Shown: in pieces, positions 1 to 9,241 of the stretch
Numbering within the stretch: the stretch's first letter is position 1
Layout of the letters: each line of letters opens with the position of its first letter
Assembly: GCA_021513695.1 (NCBI GenBank)
Contig: CP084166.1
Span: 2,720,001 to 2,784,000, forward strand
Length of the DNA stretch: 64,000 nt
Reading direction: 5' to 3'
From: Candidatus Heimdallarchaeum aukensis
GTDB lineage: Archaea; Asgardarchaeota; Heimdallarchaeia; Heimdallarchaeales; Heimdallarchaeaceae
Made by a program: the position numbers and the translations under genes
Notes under the pieces: model-generated
What the model was told of the DNA's origin: nothing
Databases searched by the model: none
What the model saw: the letters and a program-made list of their open reading frames with translations, nothing else

Positions 1-1523
1 GAACTTAATTTGTGTGTTTTTTGATATTTATCTGCTAAAATGCCTACAACTATTTTTCCATCTGTAACAAATTCTAACAATCTAGGTATAGAACTGTTTA
101 TGTCCAAGTAGAAAGCTTCTTCAGGAATAATTGAAATGATGGGAAGATCTTTGGTTTTCTCAAGGAACAAGTAATTGAACTTTGTAAGGGCAATAATTGG
201 GTCTAAAAGTTCTGTAGGATAACTAACATTCTCTTCAGAAATAAACGTTGTTGGATTCTCTTCTTTTTCTTGAGACTGAATAAGTGCTGTAATTGCAAAA
301 TTATCTTCTCGGTAAGAATCATATACTTCTATTCCTGGTTCTATACCTGAAACGCTGTTATAAAGCATCTCTTCCAGAAACAAGTTGTTCCATCTTTCAA
401 AATCTTTAGTTATAGTCACTGACTTTACAAATAAAGCTTTTATCTTTGAAAAGAAACCTTTAGATTGTTTTTTAGTTTTTGTTTCAGTTTCAAGTGGATC
501 TAATATATGATCTTTGTTTTTGTATAATGAAAGGAGGGTGGAAATTTTATTTTTCATCATTACTTCTAATTTTGTTAAATTTATGTCATCGATAGTACTA
601 CTAATTCCTATCCATCCATATGAGTCACCCTTGTTTGCACAAACAATTATGAAGTTTAATGGGGCTGATTCTTCGAGTTTACATTCCATCCTACAGTATT
701 TCAACATATGAGGTTGATTCTCTGATACTTTAAGTTTTGATGCGCTATCTATGAATGCTTTTTTAATCTCTTCTATTTTCTGTTTGTTATCGATATTTGA
801 ATCAAAGAATTTCTTTTTCTTCCCATTGACATTAAGTTCATAATAGTGAAATATATCTGTTTCATTTACATAAGGAACAGGAACTGTATCATTTCTTTCT
901 CCTATTAATTCATTCTCTGCTTTCAAAACTATCAAGTAACTTGCATAATCTATGTCTTCTATGTCTAATAATTTTAGACTCTCTGGAACTTGAGAAAGTG
1001 TTTTAGAAAATATAGACTGATAAAGAGCTGTTTCAATTAACGCTGCCCACCAAAAAATAGGTACTACTGGGCTTTTTTTATTTAGAAATTCAAATAAATA
1101 GCGTATGAAATAACTAGCAAGTCTAAAGGAAGCTATCTTTTTTGGTATTCCCTTATCTAATTGGAAATAATATCTTTTTCTTAAAATAGAAGCAATATGA
1201 TAAATAAAAGCTACCAAATGAGTAAAATCTATCCAATTATCAATATCATGGTAAGGTAAACATAACCAATATTCAATTATTTCTTTTCTTCTAGCTTCAT
1301 CATCAAGTTCCACCTTTACTTCTGACGACATAATAATGTAATCAGATGTATAAAGAGCAGAGCTTATTAATTCTTTAACTAATGTATATTTCTTCTGATA
1401 TTCATTTATTATAGATTTGAACAAAGGTAAGGAGTCATACCTGTTAAAATGAGAATTAATTTTATGTGTTCGTACAATATTTTGAAATTCATTTTCAAAA
1501 AATTGAAGTATAGTTTTATCCAT
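1..1523 (-). CDS. hypothetical protein, 3' end truncated by window edge (at least 507 codons)
   Basis: Hand translation of the reverse strand from ATG at 1523..1521 (MDKTILQFFENEFQNIVRTHK...) runs to position 1 without a stop. An in-frame stop lies just upstream at 1562..1560. It is absent from the ORF track, presumably because it has no in-window stop. No recognisable family. Confidence 0.6.
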   Translation of the reverse strand, partial: MDKTILQFFENEFQNIVRTHKINSHFNRYDSLPLFKSIINEYQKKYTLVKELISSALYTSDYIIMSSEVKVELDDEARRKEIIEYWLCLPYHDIDNWIDFTHLVAFIYHIASILRKRYYFQLDKGIPKKIASFRLASYFIRYLFEFLNKKSPVVPIFWWAALIETALYQSIFSKTLSQVPESLKLLDIEDIDYASYLIVLKAENELIGERNDTVPVPYVNETDIFHYYELNVNGKKKKFFDSNIDNKQKIEEIKKAFIDSASKLKVSENQPHMLKYCRMECKLEESAPLNFIIVCANKGDSYGWIGISSTIDDINLTKLEVMMKNKISTLLSLYKNKDHILDPLETETKTKKQSKGFFSKIKALFVKSVTITKDFERWNNLFLEEMLYNSVSGIEPGIEVYDSYREDNFAITALIQSQEKEENPTTFISEENVSYPTELLDPIIALTKFNYLFLEKTKDLPIISIIPEEAFYLDINSSIPRLLEFVTDGKIVVGILADKYQKTHKLS

Positions 1524-1702
1524 ATCAGAAACATCTTTTAGATTAGATATAAATGTTTTTCAAAAAAAGATTTAATAAACTGAAAACAATTTTGGTTTTA
1601 AATGAAAGCGTTGAGATGATGATGGTTTTACCGTTTGAGGAAAAACCGATGAAATGAACTGGCACACTGATCACGCTTTTCTTTTTTAAAAAATAAAAAA
1701 AA

Positions 1703-3064
1703 TTATAGTAAAAGCTTTGCTGCTTTATTTTGTTTTTTCCAATATTGGTTATATAGAATCACAGGTTTCTTTAAAGGAGTACTTGCTTCAATTTTTTTTA
1801 TCCACGTTTTTGTTTTTTCTACACTTAATGTAAAAGCTTTTTTCGTAATCTTTTTTAGCTCTTCTTTGTCTTTTTTGGATAATTTTCCTGTAATTTTACT
1901 TATTTTCTCATAGGTTTCTTGTATAAATTGTCTTTCTAATTCATCACGTTCAGATCTATACATATTTAATCGATTGACATAGTCCGTTAATACGAGTCGG
2001 TGTAGTTTTTCGTGAATCCACCAAAGATTATCAGGATCGTAAGTAGAGCTAATAGCTTTTTTCTCATTTTCTTTTCCAATACCCGGTAGAAAAATAGGTT
2101 TAAAGATACTAGTACACGGAGCTGACGTTCCAGTAACCCAATGAATCTGTATATTCTCTTTTAAATGTGAAACCATTGAGCCAGTACTCTGGCTGGGTGT
2201 CATCATTGAAGTTGCATGTAAACAAGGACTTTTCATTGAACTTTTGTGTGGAGCCCATTTTTCTTCTTTTTTTGATTGGATGTTATGATCTCGTAAAACA
2301 CTCATTACTATTTCAGGAGTAATCTCTCCTTTATGTTTTTCAAGAAGGAATTGAGTTCTTTTTTTTCTCTTTTTACCCATGGCGCCAATTTGATTAATAT
2401 TTAATTTTTGAACAAAACATTTGGTAAAATCAAAATCTTCTTCTGATTTGCAGTAACCCTTTTTTACAGCGTAATCAACCAATTCTGGGTGTATAAGATC
2501 ATATTCTTTTCCAATTGTAATGGTGTTAGAGATTGTTCTAACTCCTTTTACTTTTTCAGCAATCCAAAATTTATCTGCTGTCTCTAGAACCCATGCTTCT
2601 TTTTTATCTGCAATGATGAAAGAATTGTGATAAAAGAGTTTCTTATCGGTATAGCCTCCTGGACCTCCTTGACCATATTCTTCTAACAATTTAGTGATTA
2701 AAGTCAAAGCTTCAGAAGCAGTTTTTGTACGTTCTAAAGCTAAACGCATCAGATCCATTCCTAAAAGACCTATTTTTCTATAGGGCATTTTAGTCCAAAC
2801 AGCTTCATTACCTATAGTTACTCCAAATTCATTACTCCCCATTTCGCACCCCCAAATCCAGAAGGGTTTGAGGAGTAACACTTCATATGTTTCCTCTACT
2901 TGAGGGATGTTAAGATAAGTTGTTCTAACAGTTTCCTCTTCATGTTTCTTTCTGGGATAATATTCAATAACATGAACTTCATTTGGTTCTCTATCAGAAT
3001 TTTTTCCAAATATTACACTCCCATCCTTCGTTGCATCTCCAATAGCTACAATTGTATCGCACAT
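1703..3064 (-). CDS. secernin-like / peptidase C69-family Ntn-hydrolase (dipeptidase)
   Basis: The N-terminus MCDTIVAIG has Cys2 as the putative N-terminal nucleophile. VIFGKNSDREPNEV, FWIWGCEMGSNEFGV, LLGMDLMRLALER and LLEEYGQGG align closely with the animal secernin / bacterial C69 dipeptidase consensus as I recall it. Confidence 0.7.
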   Translation of the reverse strand: MCDTIVAIGDATKDGSVIFGKNSDREPNEVHVIEYYPRKKHEEETVRTTYLNIPQVEETYEVLLLKPFWIWGCEMGSNEFGVTIGNEAVWTKMPYRKIGLLGMDLMRLALERTKTASEALTLITKLLEEYGQGGPGGYTDKKLFYHNSFIIADKKEAWVLETADKFWIAEKVKGVRTISNTITIGKEYDLIHPELVDYAVKKGYCKSEEDFDFTKCFVQKLNINQIGAMGKKRKKRTQFLLEKHKGEITPEIVMSVLRDHNIQSKKEEKWAPHKSSMKSPCLHATSMMTPSQSTGSMVSHLKENIQIHWVTGTSAPCTSIFKPIFLPGIGKENEKKAISSTYDPDNLWWIHEKLHRLVLTDYVNRLNMYRSERDELERQFIQETYEKISKITGKLSKKDKEELKKITKKAFTLSVEKTKTWIKKIEASTPLKKPVILYNQYWKKQNKAAKLLL

Positions 3065-3108
3065 ATTATTAGAAATGAATATTGAAAAAATAAAAAGATT
3101 GTGAAAAG

Positions 3109-4449
3109 CTATCTGTATTTCTCGATAAGATAAGCGATAAGTTCCATTCCTTTAATCCAGTCTTCGACAAATATGTTCTCATTTGGAGCATGAGCATTAG
3201 AATCAGCATGACCTGTCCCTATTGATACACAAGGAATATCCTTAAACAGATACATAGGACCAGATCCTCCCACAATTGGCCAACAAATTGGATCGTGGTT
3301 ATAAACCTCTTTTATAACAGAAATAACTTTTTGGGCAAATTCATTTTCGATAGGAGTAACAGCTGCAGGATAACCATCCCATGAAGTTATCTCAATATGA
3401 GAAAAGTTTTGTTCATCTAAGTAAGTTCTAATTTTTTTAACTAAATCGTCTGGATTTTGTCCTGGAACCAATCTACAATCTACTTTAGCAAATGCTTCAT
3501 TTGGTGTAACGGTTTTACTTCCTTGTCCTTGGTATCCACTCCATATTCCACAAATATTAAGAGTAGGTTCGAGGAAATATTTTTTCTTTAAATCCATTCC
3601 TGATAAATTCATTCTGAATTTTTCAATCCCAAATGACTCTTTTAGATGTTCTTCTTTAATTTTAAATTCTCTTATTGTCTTCATCTCTTTCTCAGAGGGG
3701 GGTGTTATATTTTCATAAAAACCAGGAACAAGTATTTTGTCTTTTCTATCTTTGAGTGAACTTAAGGCCCAAACCAGTTCATAAGCTGCATTATCGACAA
3801 ACTGTGTATATCCAGAATGAATATCTCGTCCTATTGTTTTTGTATGAAAATGTAGGTATAGAATTCCTTTAACTCCTAAATTTACTTGCTGGATTCCATC
3901 CTTGTCCTTTCCTCCAAACTCCCAAATAATGCCATCTGTGTTTAGAGCAAAATCTTTGTTTTTCTCTACAAAATATCCTAAATTGGGGCTACCTATTTCT
4001 TCTTCTCCTTCTAATATAAATTTAATATTGACGGGTAACTCTCCAAAGATTTCTTTATAAGCTTTTATTGCTTGTAGCCTACAAATTATTTCTCCTTTAT
4101 TATCCGCGACACCACGAGCAAAGATCTTTCCTTCTCGAATAGTAGGTTCAAATGGAGGACTTTCCCATAATTCTACTGGGTCTTCAGGTTGAACATCATA
4201 ATGATCATAAAAACTGATTGTTTTTTCTGCTCCTGAATTTAACTCTGCACAAAAAACAGGGTTACCTGGTGTTTCTGCAACAAAGAAGTCAAATCCCGCT
4301 TCTTTAAAAATTTTCGTTAGAAAATCGATCGCTTCTTCTGTCCCTAATTTTTTTGCTGCAACTGTAGGGATTCTTAAAAATTCAAATAACAAGTCAAGAG
4401 ACTTTTCTTTATTTTGGTGAATAACTTTTGAAACATCATGAGAAGACAT
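3109..4449 (-). CDS. M20 family metallopeptidase (ArgE/DapE/ACY1/dipeptidase-like)
   Basis: The HADSNAHAPNE metal-binding region and overall M20 layout. The ORF track starts at 4554, but the N-terminal 35 residues look non-coding. The likely start is ATG at 4449 (MSSHDVSK...). Confidence 0.75.
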   Translation of the reverse strand: MSSHDVSKVIHQNKEKSLDLLFEFLRIPTVAAKKLGTEEAIDFLTKIFKEAGFDFFVAETPGNPVFCAELNSGAEKTISFYDHYDVQPEDPVELWESPPFEPTIREGKIFARGVADNKGEIICRLQAIKAYKEIFGELPVNIKFILEGEEEIGSPNLGYFVEKNKDFALNTDGIIWEFGGKDKDGIQQVNLGVKGILYLHFHTKTIGRDIHSGYTQFVDNAAYELVWALSSLKDRKDKILVPGFYENITPPSEKEMKTIREFKIKEEHLKESFGIEKFRMNLSGMDLKKKYFLEPTLNICGIWSGYQGQGSKTVTPNEAFAKVDCRLVPGQNPDDLVKKIRTYLDEQNFSHIEITSWDGYPAAVTPIENEFAQKVISVIKEVYNHDPICWPIVGGSGPMYLFKDIPCVSIGTGHADSNAHAPNENIFVEDWIKGMELIAYLIEKYR

Positions 4450-4586
4450 GATTAGTAATTGTTTGTTTAATTTATAAACTCTTTCGTTAAAATTAAGCTT
4501 TAAACTATTGATTATAAAAATTAAGAAAAATAGGATAAAACGTCTTTTAGGCAAATATTTAAGAGAGAGAGAAAAAGAAAATTCTT

Positions 4587-5774
4587 ATGGAAAAAAGAAA
4601 GTACAAGTTTGATACTTTATCAGTTCATGCTGGAGAAAACGTTGAAAAAACAGGAACTATAGCTCCTCCAATTTATCAGTCTGTTGCATACCCCTATTAT
4701 TCTGCAGAATACGCTGCAAAGTTGTTTAGATATGAAATAGAAGGATATATGTATGGAAGAATGGATAATCCCACAAATGCAATGTTTGAAGAAAGAATTG
4801 CAGCGTTAGAAAATGGTGAAAAAGCTGTTGGAACATCATCTGGTATGTCTGCTGAATTTTTAGCTTGTCTTCACTTGTTAGAGCATGGGGATAATTTTGT
4901 TACTGCTGGAAAAATATATGGAGGTACAAATCAACTCTTTACTGTAACATTACCCAAGATGGGCTTTAATCCTAAATTTGTATATGAACCAGATAATTTA
5001 GAAAATTGGGAAAAAGAAATTGACAAGAGAACAAAATTTCTTTATTTAGAAACACCCTCAAACCCCAATTTATTTGTTGGAGATATATCTGGTATAGCTA
5101 AACTTGCTCATGAACACGGAATTCCTCTAATTGTAGATAATACTGTAGCTTCTCCTGCTTTACAGAAACCTTTGAATCTTGGAGCAGATATAGTGGTTCA
5201 TTCAGCAACAAAATATCTTAGCGGAAATTCGACATGTATTTCGGGTGTAATAGTGGGTAAAGCTGATTTTATTGATGGAATAAGAGAAAAAGAGTACAGA
5301 AACATTGGTCCATCTATTAGCCCATTTAATAGTTGGTTGTTACTATTAGGGATGGAAACACTAAGCCTAAGAATGGATAAGCACAGTAAAAATGCTTTAG
5401 CTATTGCTGAGTTTTTAGAAGACCATTCAAAAATTGTTTCTGTTAACTATCCTGGTTTGAAGAGTCATCCTCAACATGAACTTGCGAAAAAACAAATGAA
5501 AGGATATAGTGGGCTATTATCCTTTGTAACTAAAGGAGAACTAGATGATGCGAAAAACGTTCTAAATAGTTTTCAGCTAATTATCCACACAGGACATCTG
5601 GGCACTACAAAAACACTAGCGACCCATCCAGCTTTTACTACACATCAGCAACTATCACAAGAAGAGAGAGAAGCAATAGGAATACCTGATACTATGATCA
5701 GAATGTCTGTAGGAATAGAAGATGTTGATGATTTAATAGAGGATTTAGATCAAGCCTTAACAAAGATTAAATGA
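4587..5774 (+). CDS. PLP-dependent Cys/Met-metabolism enzyme (O-acetylhomoserine sulfhydrylase / methionine gamma-lyase family)
   Basis: SATKYLSGNS PLP-lysine motif, with family-typical N-terminal DTLSVHAG and C-terminal regions. ATG start preceded by a purine-rich stretch. Confidence 0.8.
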   Translation: MEKRKYKFDTLSVHAGENVEKTGTIAPPIYQSVAYPYYSAEYAAKLFRYEIEGYMYGRMDNPTNAMFEERIAALENGEKAVGTSSGMSAEFLACLHLLEHGDNFVTAGKIYGGTNQLFTVTLPKMGFNPKFVYEPDNLENWEKEIDKRTKFLYLETPSNPNLFVGDISGIAKLAHEHGIPLIVDNTVASPALQKPLNLGADIVVHSATKYLSGNSTCISGVIVGKADFIDGIREKEYRNIGPSISPFNSWLLLLGMETLSLRMDKHSKNALAIAEFLEDHSKIVSVNYPGLKSHPQHELAKKQMKGYSGLLSFVTKGELDDAKNVLNSFQLIIHTGHLGTTKTLATHPAFTTHQQLSQEEREAIGIPDTMIRMSVGIEDVDDLIEDLDQALTKIK

Positions 5775-5801
5775 AAATAATATGAGTTTAGTAGAGAATA
5801 A

Positions 5802-6629
5802 TTAGAATAATTGCTTTAATTGTTCAATTTTTTCTGCAGAATAATTATTTCTTTTCATTATTTTAAGAGCTTTATCGTAATATTCCTGTGCTTTTTTCTT
5901 CTTTTCTAGTTTAAGATATATCTTTGCTATTTGCATAACTATTGTAACCAGAAAGTCATCTTGTTTCTTATGTTCAAAATAAGACATTGCAGATAGAAAG
6001 TAATTTAATGCATCTTTTTCATTTTCTGTTGAGAGAGAAAGTAAAGCTAAGTCTATCTCTGCTAATGCTTTTTTTTCTTCAGCTTTTGCCTTCTTAAACA
6101 ATTGTATTGCTTTTTGATAAGCCAACTTAGTATTTTGAACAGAATTAGGGTTCTGTACATCTTTTAAAAGAGTATTTCCTATTTCTTTCCACGAATCACC
6201 TAAATGTTCTATAGATCCTATATCTTCAAAAAGTTCCTTTGAAATATCTAAAAATTTTATACTTTTTTCTATATTTTTGCATTCTCTGTGAAGAGAACCC
6301 ATCTTTAATGCACATTCAGCAGCCTTCTCAATATTTTGAATTTCAGTGAACTTAATGAAAGCTTCATTGAGAGACTTTAAGGCATAGTTCATCTGGTTCA
6401 AATTTAAGTATGCATGACCTAAAATAAACATACTTTCCGCAGCTAATTCCTTTGAATTTAAAGTTGAAAAAAGACTCTCTGCAAACTGTAGGTCTCTTAC
6501 ACACTTTTCATAATTCCCTTTTTCAAAATTAATTTTACCTTGATTAAAATACATGTTTGCTTGAGCTTTATGCGGATTAGCTGCTTCGACCATATGTGTA
6601 CTATTTGATTTTTCTTTTTTTAAATTCAT
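5802..6629 (-). CDS. TPR-repeat protein
   Basis: Repeated 34-residue helical units with the TPR pattern (A/G/Y/L spacing). The track start at 6641 is TTG; the nearest ATG is at 6629. Confidence 0.6.
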   Translation of the reverse strand: MNLKKEKSNSTHMVEAANPHKAQANMYFNQGKINFEKGNYEKCVRDLQFAESLFSTLNSKELAAESMFILGHAYLNLNQMNYALKSLNEAFIKFTEIQNIEKAAECALKMGSLHRECKNIEKSIKFLDISKELFEDIGSIEHLGDSWKEIGNTLLKDVQNPNSVQNTKLAYQKAIQLFKKAKAEEKKALAEIDLALLSLSTENEKDALNYFLSAMSYFEHKKQDDFLVTIVMQIAKIYLKLEKKKKAQEYYDKALKIMKRNNYSAEKIEQLKQLF

Positions 6630-6920
6630 GGATAGTACCAATTAGAAATTTTAATAGAAACGTAATACTCTCGATTTTTTTGAGAAAAGAGTAATTAAAA
6701 ATTAATGGAAAATGGATAAACTACAGTTTAATAATTAATCCTCTTTTGGTTTTTGTTATTAAAAAGTTTAAACTTATTTAAGCTATTCTCTATTTATATA
6801 GTTGTCATCACCTAATTTTGACAAGGAATCTATAAAAAAAGAAAAAAAAGAAAAAAATTTAGGCGCGAAATAGATAATTTTTGCTAGCTAAAGAAAAAGA
6901 AATAATTAAATTAGAAAAGC

Positions 6921-6928
6921 TTTATAAA
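6921..6928 (+). promoter_or_regulatory. candidate archaeal TATA box (tttataaa) upstream of tbp
   Basis: TATA-like octamer about 25 nt upstream of where a transcript for the 6977 start would begin. Motifs of this kind are ambiguous in AT-rich DNA. Confidence 0.25.
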
Positions 6929-6976
6929 GGCTATAAAGAAATCGACATGAATTTAAAAAAAAGGTGTTTAAAACCA

Positions 6977-7552
6977 ATGACAAAATTAGATTTTGGTATA
7001 GTAATACAAAATGTAGTAGCAAGTATAAATCTGTACTGCACTATTGATTTAGTGAATGCTTATCAGATGCTTATTGATGACGATCAACTTTTTGTTTCTT
7101 ACAACCCTGAAACTTTTCCTGGTTTGATTCTTAAAATTAAAAAACCAAAAATTTCTTCTCTAGTTTTTTCTAGCGGCAAACTTGTTTTAACTGGCGCTAA
7201 ATCCACTGATATGGTAAATAAAGGCGTTCAACAGATGATTAAAATACTAAGATCTGTTGGCACAGAGATTACTGAAGAGCCTGAAATTATTGTTCAAAAC
7301 ATTGTTGCTAGCGGACATTTTAACAACCGTTCTATTAACTTAGAACTTGCTTCTTTATGGTTAGACCATTCTATGTATGAACCTGAACAATTTCCAGGTT
7401 TAATTTATCGTTTAGCTGAACCAAAAACAGTCTTACTTCTTTTCCAGAGTGGTAATCTTGTTTGTACTGGAGCTAAAACTGAAGAGCAAGTGCGGCAAGC
7501 AGTTGAAAATACGTATAACCACTTAGACGAAATTAATGCCTTTGAATTTTAA
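6977..7552 (+). CDS. tbp: TATA-box-binding protein
   Basis: Two direct repeats carrying NVVASINL.. and NIVASGHF.. plus (S/T)GKLV(L/C)TGAK, the hallmark of TBP. The track ORF begins at a TTG at 6881. The spacing to the first repeat favours ATG 6977 (MTKLDFGIV...). ATG 6947 is an alternative. Confidence 0.9.
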   Translation: MTKLDFGIVIQNVVASINLYCTIDLVNAYQMLIDDDQLFVSYNPETFPGLILKIKKPKISSLVFSSGKLVLTGAKSTDMVNKGVQQMIKILRSVGTEITEEPEIIVQNIVASGHFNNRSINLELASLWLDHSMYEPEQFPGLIYRLAEPKTVLLLFQSGNLVCTGAKTEEQVRQAVENTYNHLDEINAFEF

Positions 7553-7636
7553 TTTTATTTTTCACTTATTTTTTTATTATACTTCTACATCACGTAAAAT
7601 CTTTGTTACTAAATTAATAACTTAATTCTTTTTTCT

Positions 7637-9223
7637 TTATTTTTCTATAATTGTTAAATAGTTCTTCTGTACATTTTCACTTACTGATACAATTTCCACC
7701 TTCTTGAATTTTTGAGGAGACTTTATCAGCTCATATATTAATAAAATATCAAATTCTTCAAAATGCTTCTGTCTTACTACTGAATCAGGTACTATATGTC
7801 CTATTATTTGATATCCATCAAAAATTCTTTTTTTCTTGTTTAACGATTTCTCGTTTACAGTTGAGCCTGATAACAGTAGAGAACACATCTCATTTTCATA
7901 AGTTATTGCATTTATTAACAAAATCTCTATATTTTTTATTATTTCTTCGTTTTTCTTTTCATGTGTTATTGAACTTATTGCAGGGGTTATATGAATAACA
8001 TCTTTTAGATTTTCTATGATTTTTTTCTTGATATCATTTCTTTTCAAACCAAATATTGCATCAGAATCGGTTATTGCGGATCGATATTTGTAAACTCCGG
8101 GTTTTCCAAGCAAACTATCAGAATCTGTTTTAATCTTTAGATTTTTTAATTTAACAATGTCACTAGAAGATGAAGCAAGGTCGTAAACCATAGTAATATT
8201 TATTGCATTAGCCAACAAGTAAGCATAGTTTTTTCTTATTCGTTGTTGTTCATCATCTGTCAACTTTTTAGTATTTTTCAAAGCTTCAGGAAAAATGGAT
8301 AGAGCTTTAGAATATCCTTTATAATCACCTAATCCATTTGCGATAGCAGCATAAAGAATAGATTTTTTAGTTGTTTTATGTTGTTTTACAAAGTCTAAAA
8401 GTAAGGGTAGAATTCGCTCTACTTGCTCATCAGAAATCTTGCTCATCATTGTTAGAATGGATAACCTTTTTGCTATTTCGTTAGGATTTTTAACTTTAGA
8501 GAGTGTACGTAGAACTAGATTAACTCCATCTACAACCATTGATTTATACTTAGGTGCAACTATTAATCCTTGATTTTCGCTAAAAAGGTGAAGAAAAAAG
8601 TCTGAGGCCATATGTAGTTTTGTAGATGAATAAGCATTATCTTTAACTATTTCTATTACTTTCTTACATGAGTCTGCAGCATCGTTGATTTTTTTGTTAA
8701 ACATATGCATTAATCCGATATTTACTTCTGTGTATACCAAATTTTCTACCATGTTGTTTTTTTCTGCTATTTGCTTCGATTTAATGAGATATTCAAGAGC
8801 TTTATCCTTTTCCAGAGTTCTATAAATGGCAAACAGAAGATTTAAGGACTTAACTATCAATTCGGGGTTATTTATTTTATATGCCATATTTTTTGCTTTT
8901 TCTGCAGCTTTTCTTGCCCCTTCATATTCATTGTTTATCATAAAAGAATTAGCTAAGTTTAGGTAAAACCTAACATAATTCTCTCTTGAAGATAAAGGAA
9001 TTAAAGGTTTTATTCTTTTAAGGAGAATTAAAGCTTGAGAACGTTTTTCTTCTAATAACAATTCATATGTTTCGGATAAAAGAAAATCAACAAAACTGCT
9101 GATATCCATCTCTCTCTCGATTTCAAGATCAGATAATAGTTGTTTTCTCTTTTTATTATCTACGACAATTTCCTTTAACTCATCGACGCTAAAAGCTCCA
9201 ATGTACTTAACTACATCGCTCAT
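7637..9223 (-). CDS. hypothetical protein with TPR-like helical repeats
   Basis: Long ORF with ATG start, co-directional and immediately downstream of hisS. Helical-repeat character in the central part. No confident family. Confidence 0.5.
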   Translation of the reverse strand: MSDVVKYIGAFSVDELKEIVVDNKKRKQLLSDLEIEREMDISSFVDFLLSETYELLLEEKRSQALILLKRIKPLIPLSSRENYVRFYLNLANSFMINNEYEGARKAAEKAKNMAYKINNPELIVKSLNLLFAIYRTLEKDKALEYLIKSKQIAEKNNMVENLVYTEVNIGLMHMFNKKINDAADSCKKVIEIVKDNAYSSTKLHMASDFFLHLFSENQGLIVAPKYKSMVVDGVNLVLRTLSKVKNPNEIAKRLSILTMMSKISDEQVERILPLLLDFVKQHKTTKKSILYAAIANGLGDYKGYSKALSIFPEALKNTKKLTDDEQQRIRKNYAYLLANAINITMVYDLASSSSDIVKLKNLKIKTDSDSLLGKPGVYKYRSAITDSDAIFGLKRNDIKKKIIENLKDVIHITPAISSITHEKKNEEIIKNIEILLINAITYENEMCSLLLSGSTVNEKSLNKKKRIFDGYQIIGHIVPDSVVRQKHFEEFDILLIYELIKSPQKFKKVEIVSVSENVQKNYLTIIEK

Positions 9224-9241
9224 ACTTCACCACTACCACTT

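Noticed and set aside
514-711. 65-aa plus-strand ORF
   Set aside because: It lies wholly inside, and antisense to, the long open reverse-strand gene at 1..1523. It has no start context.
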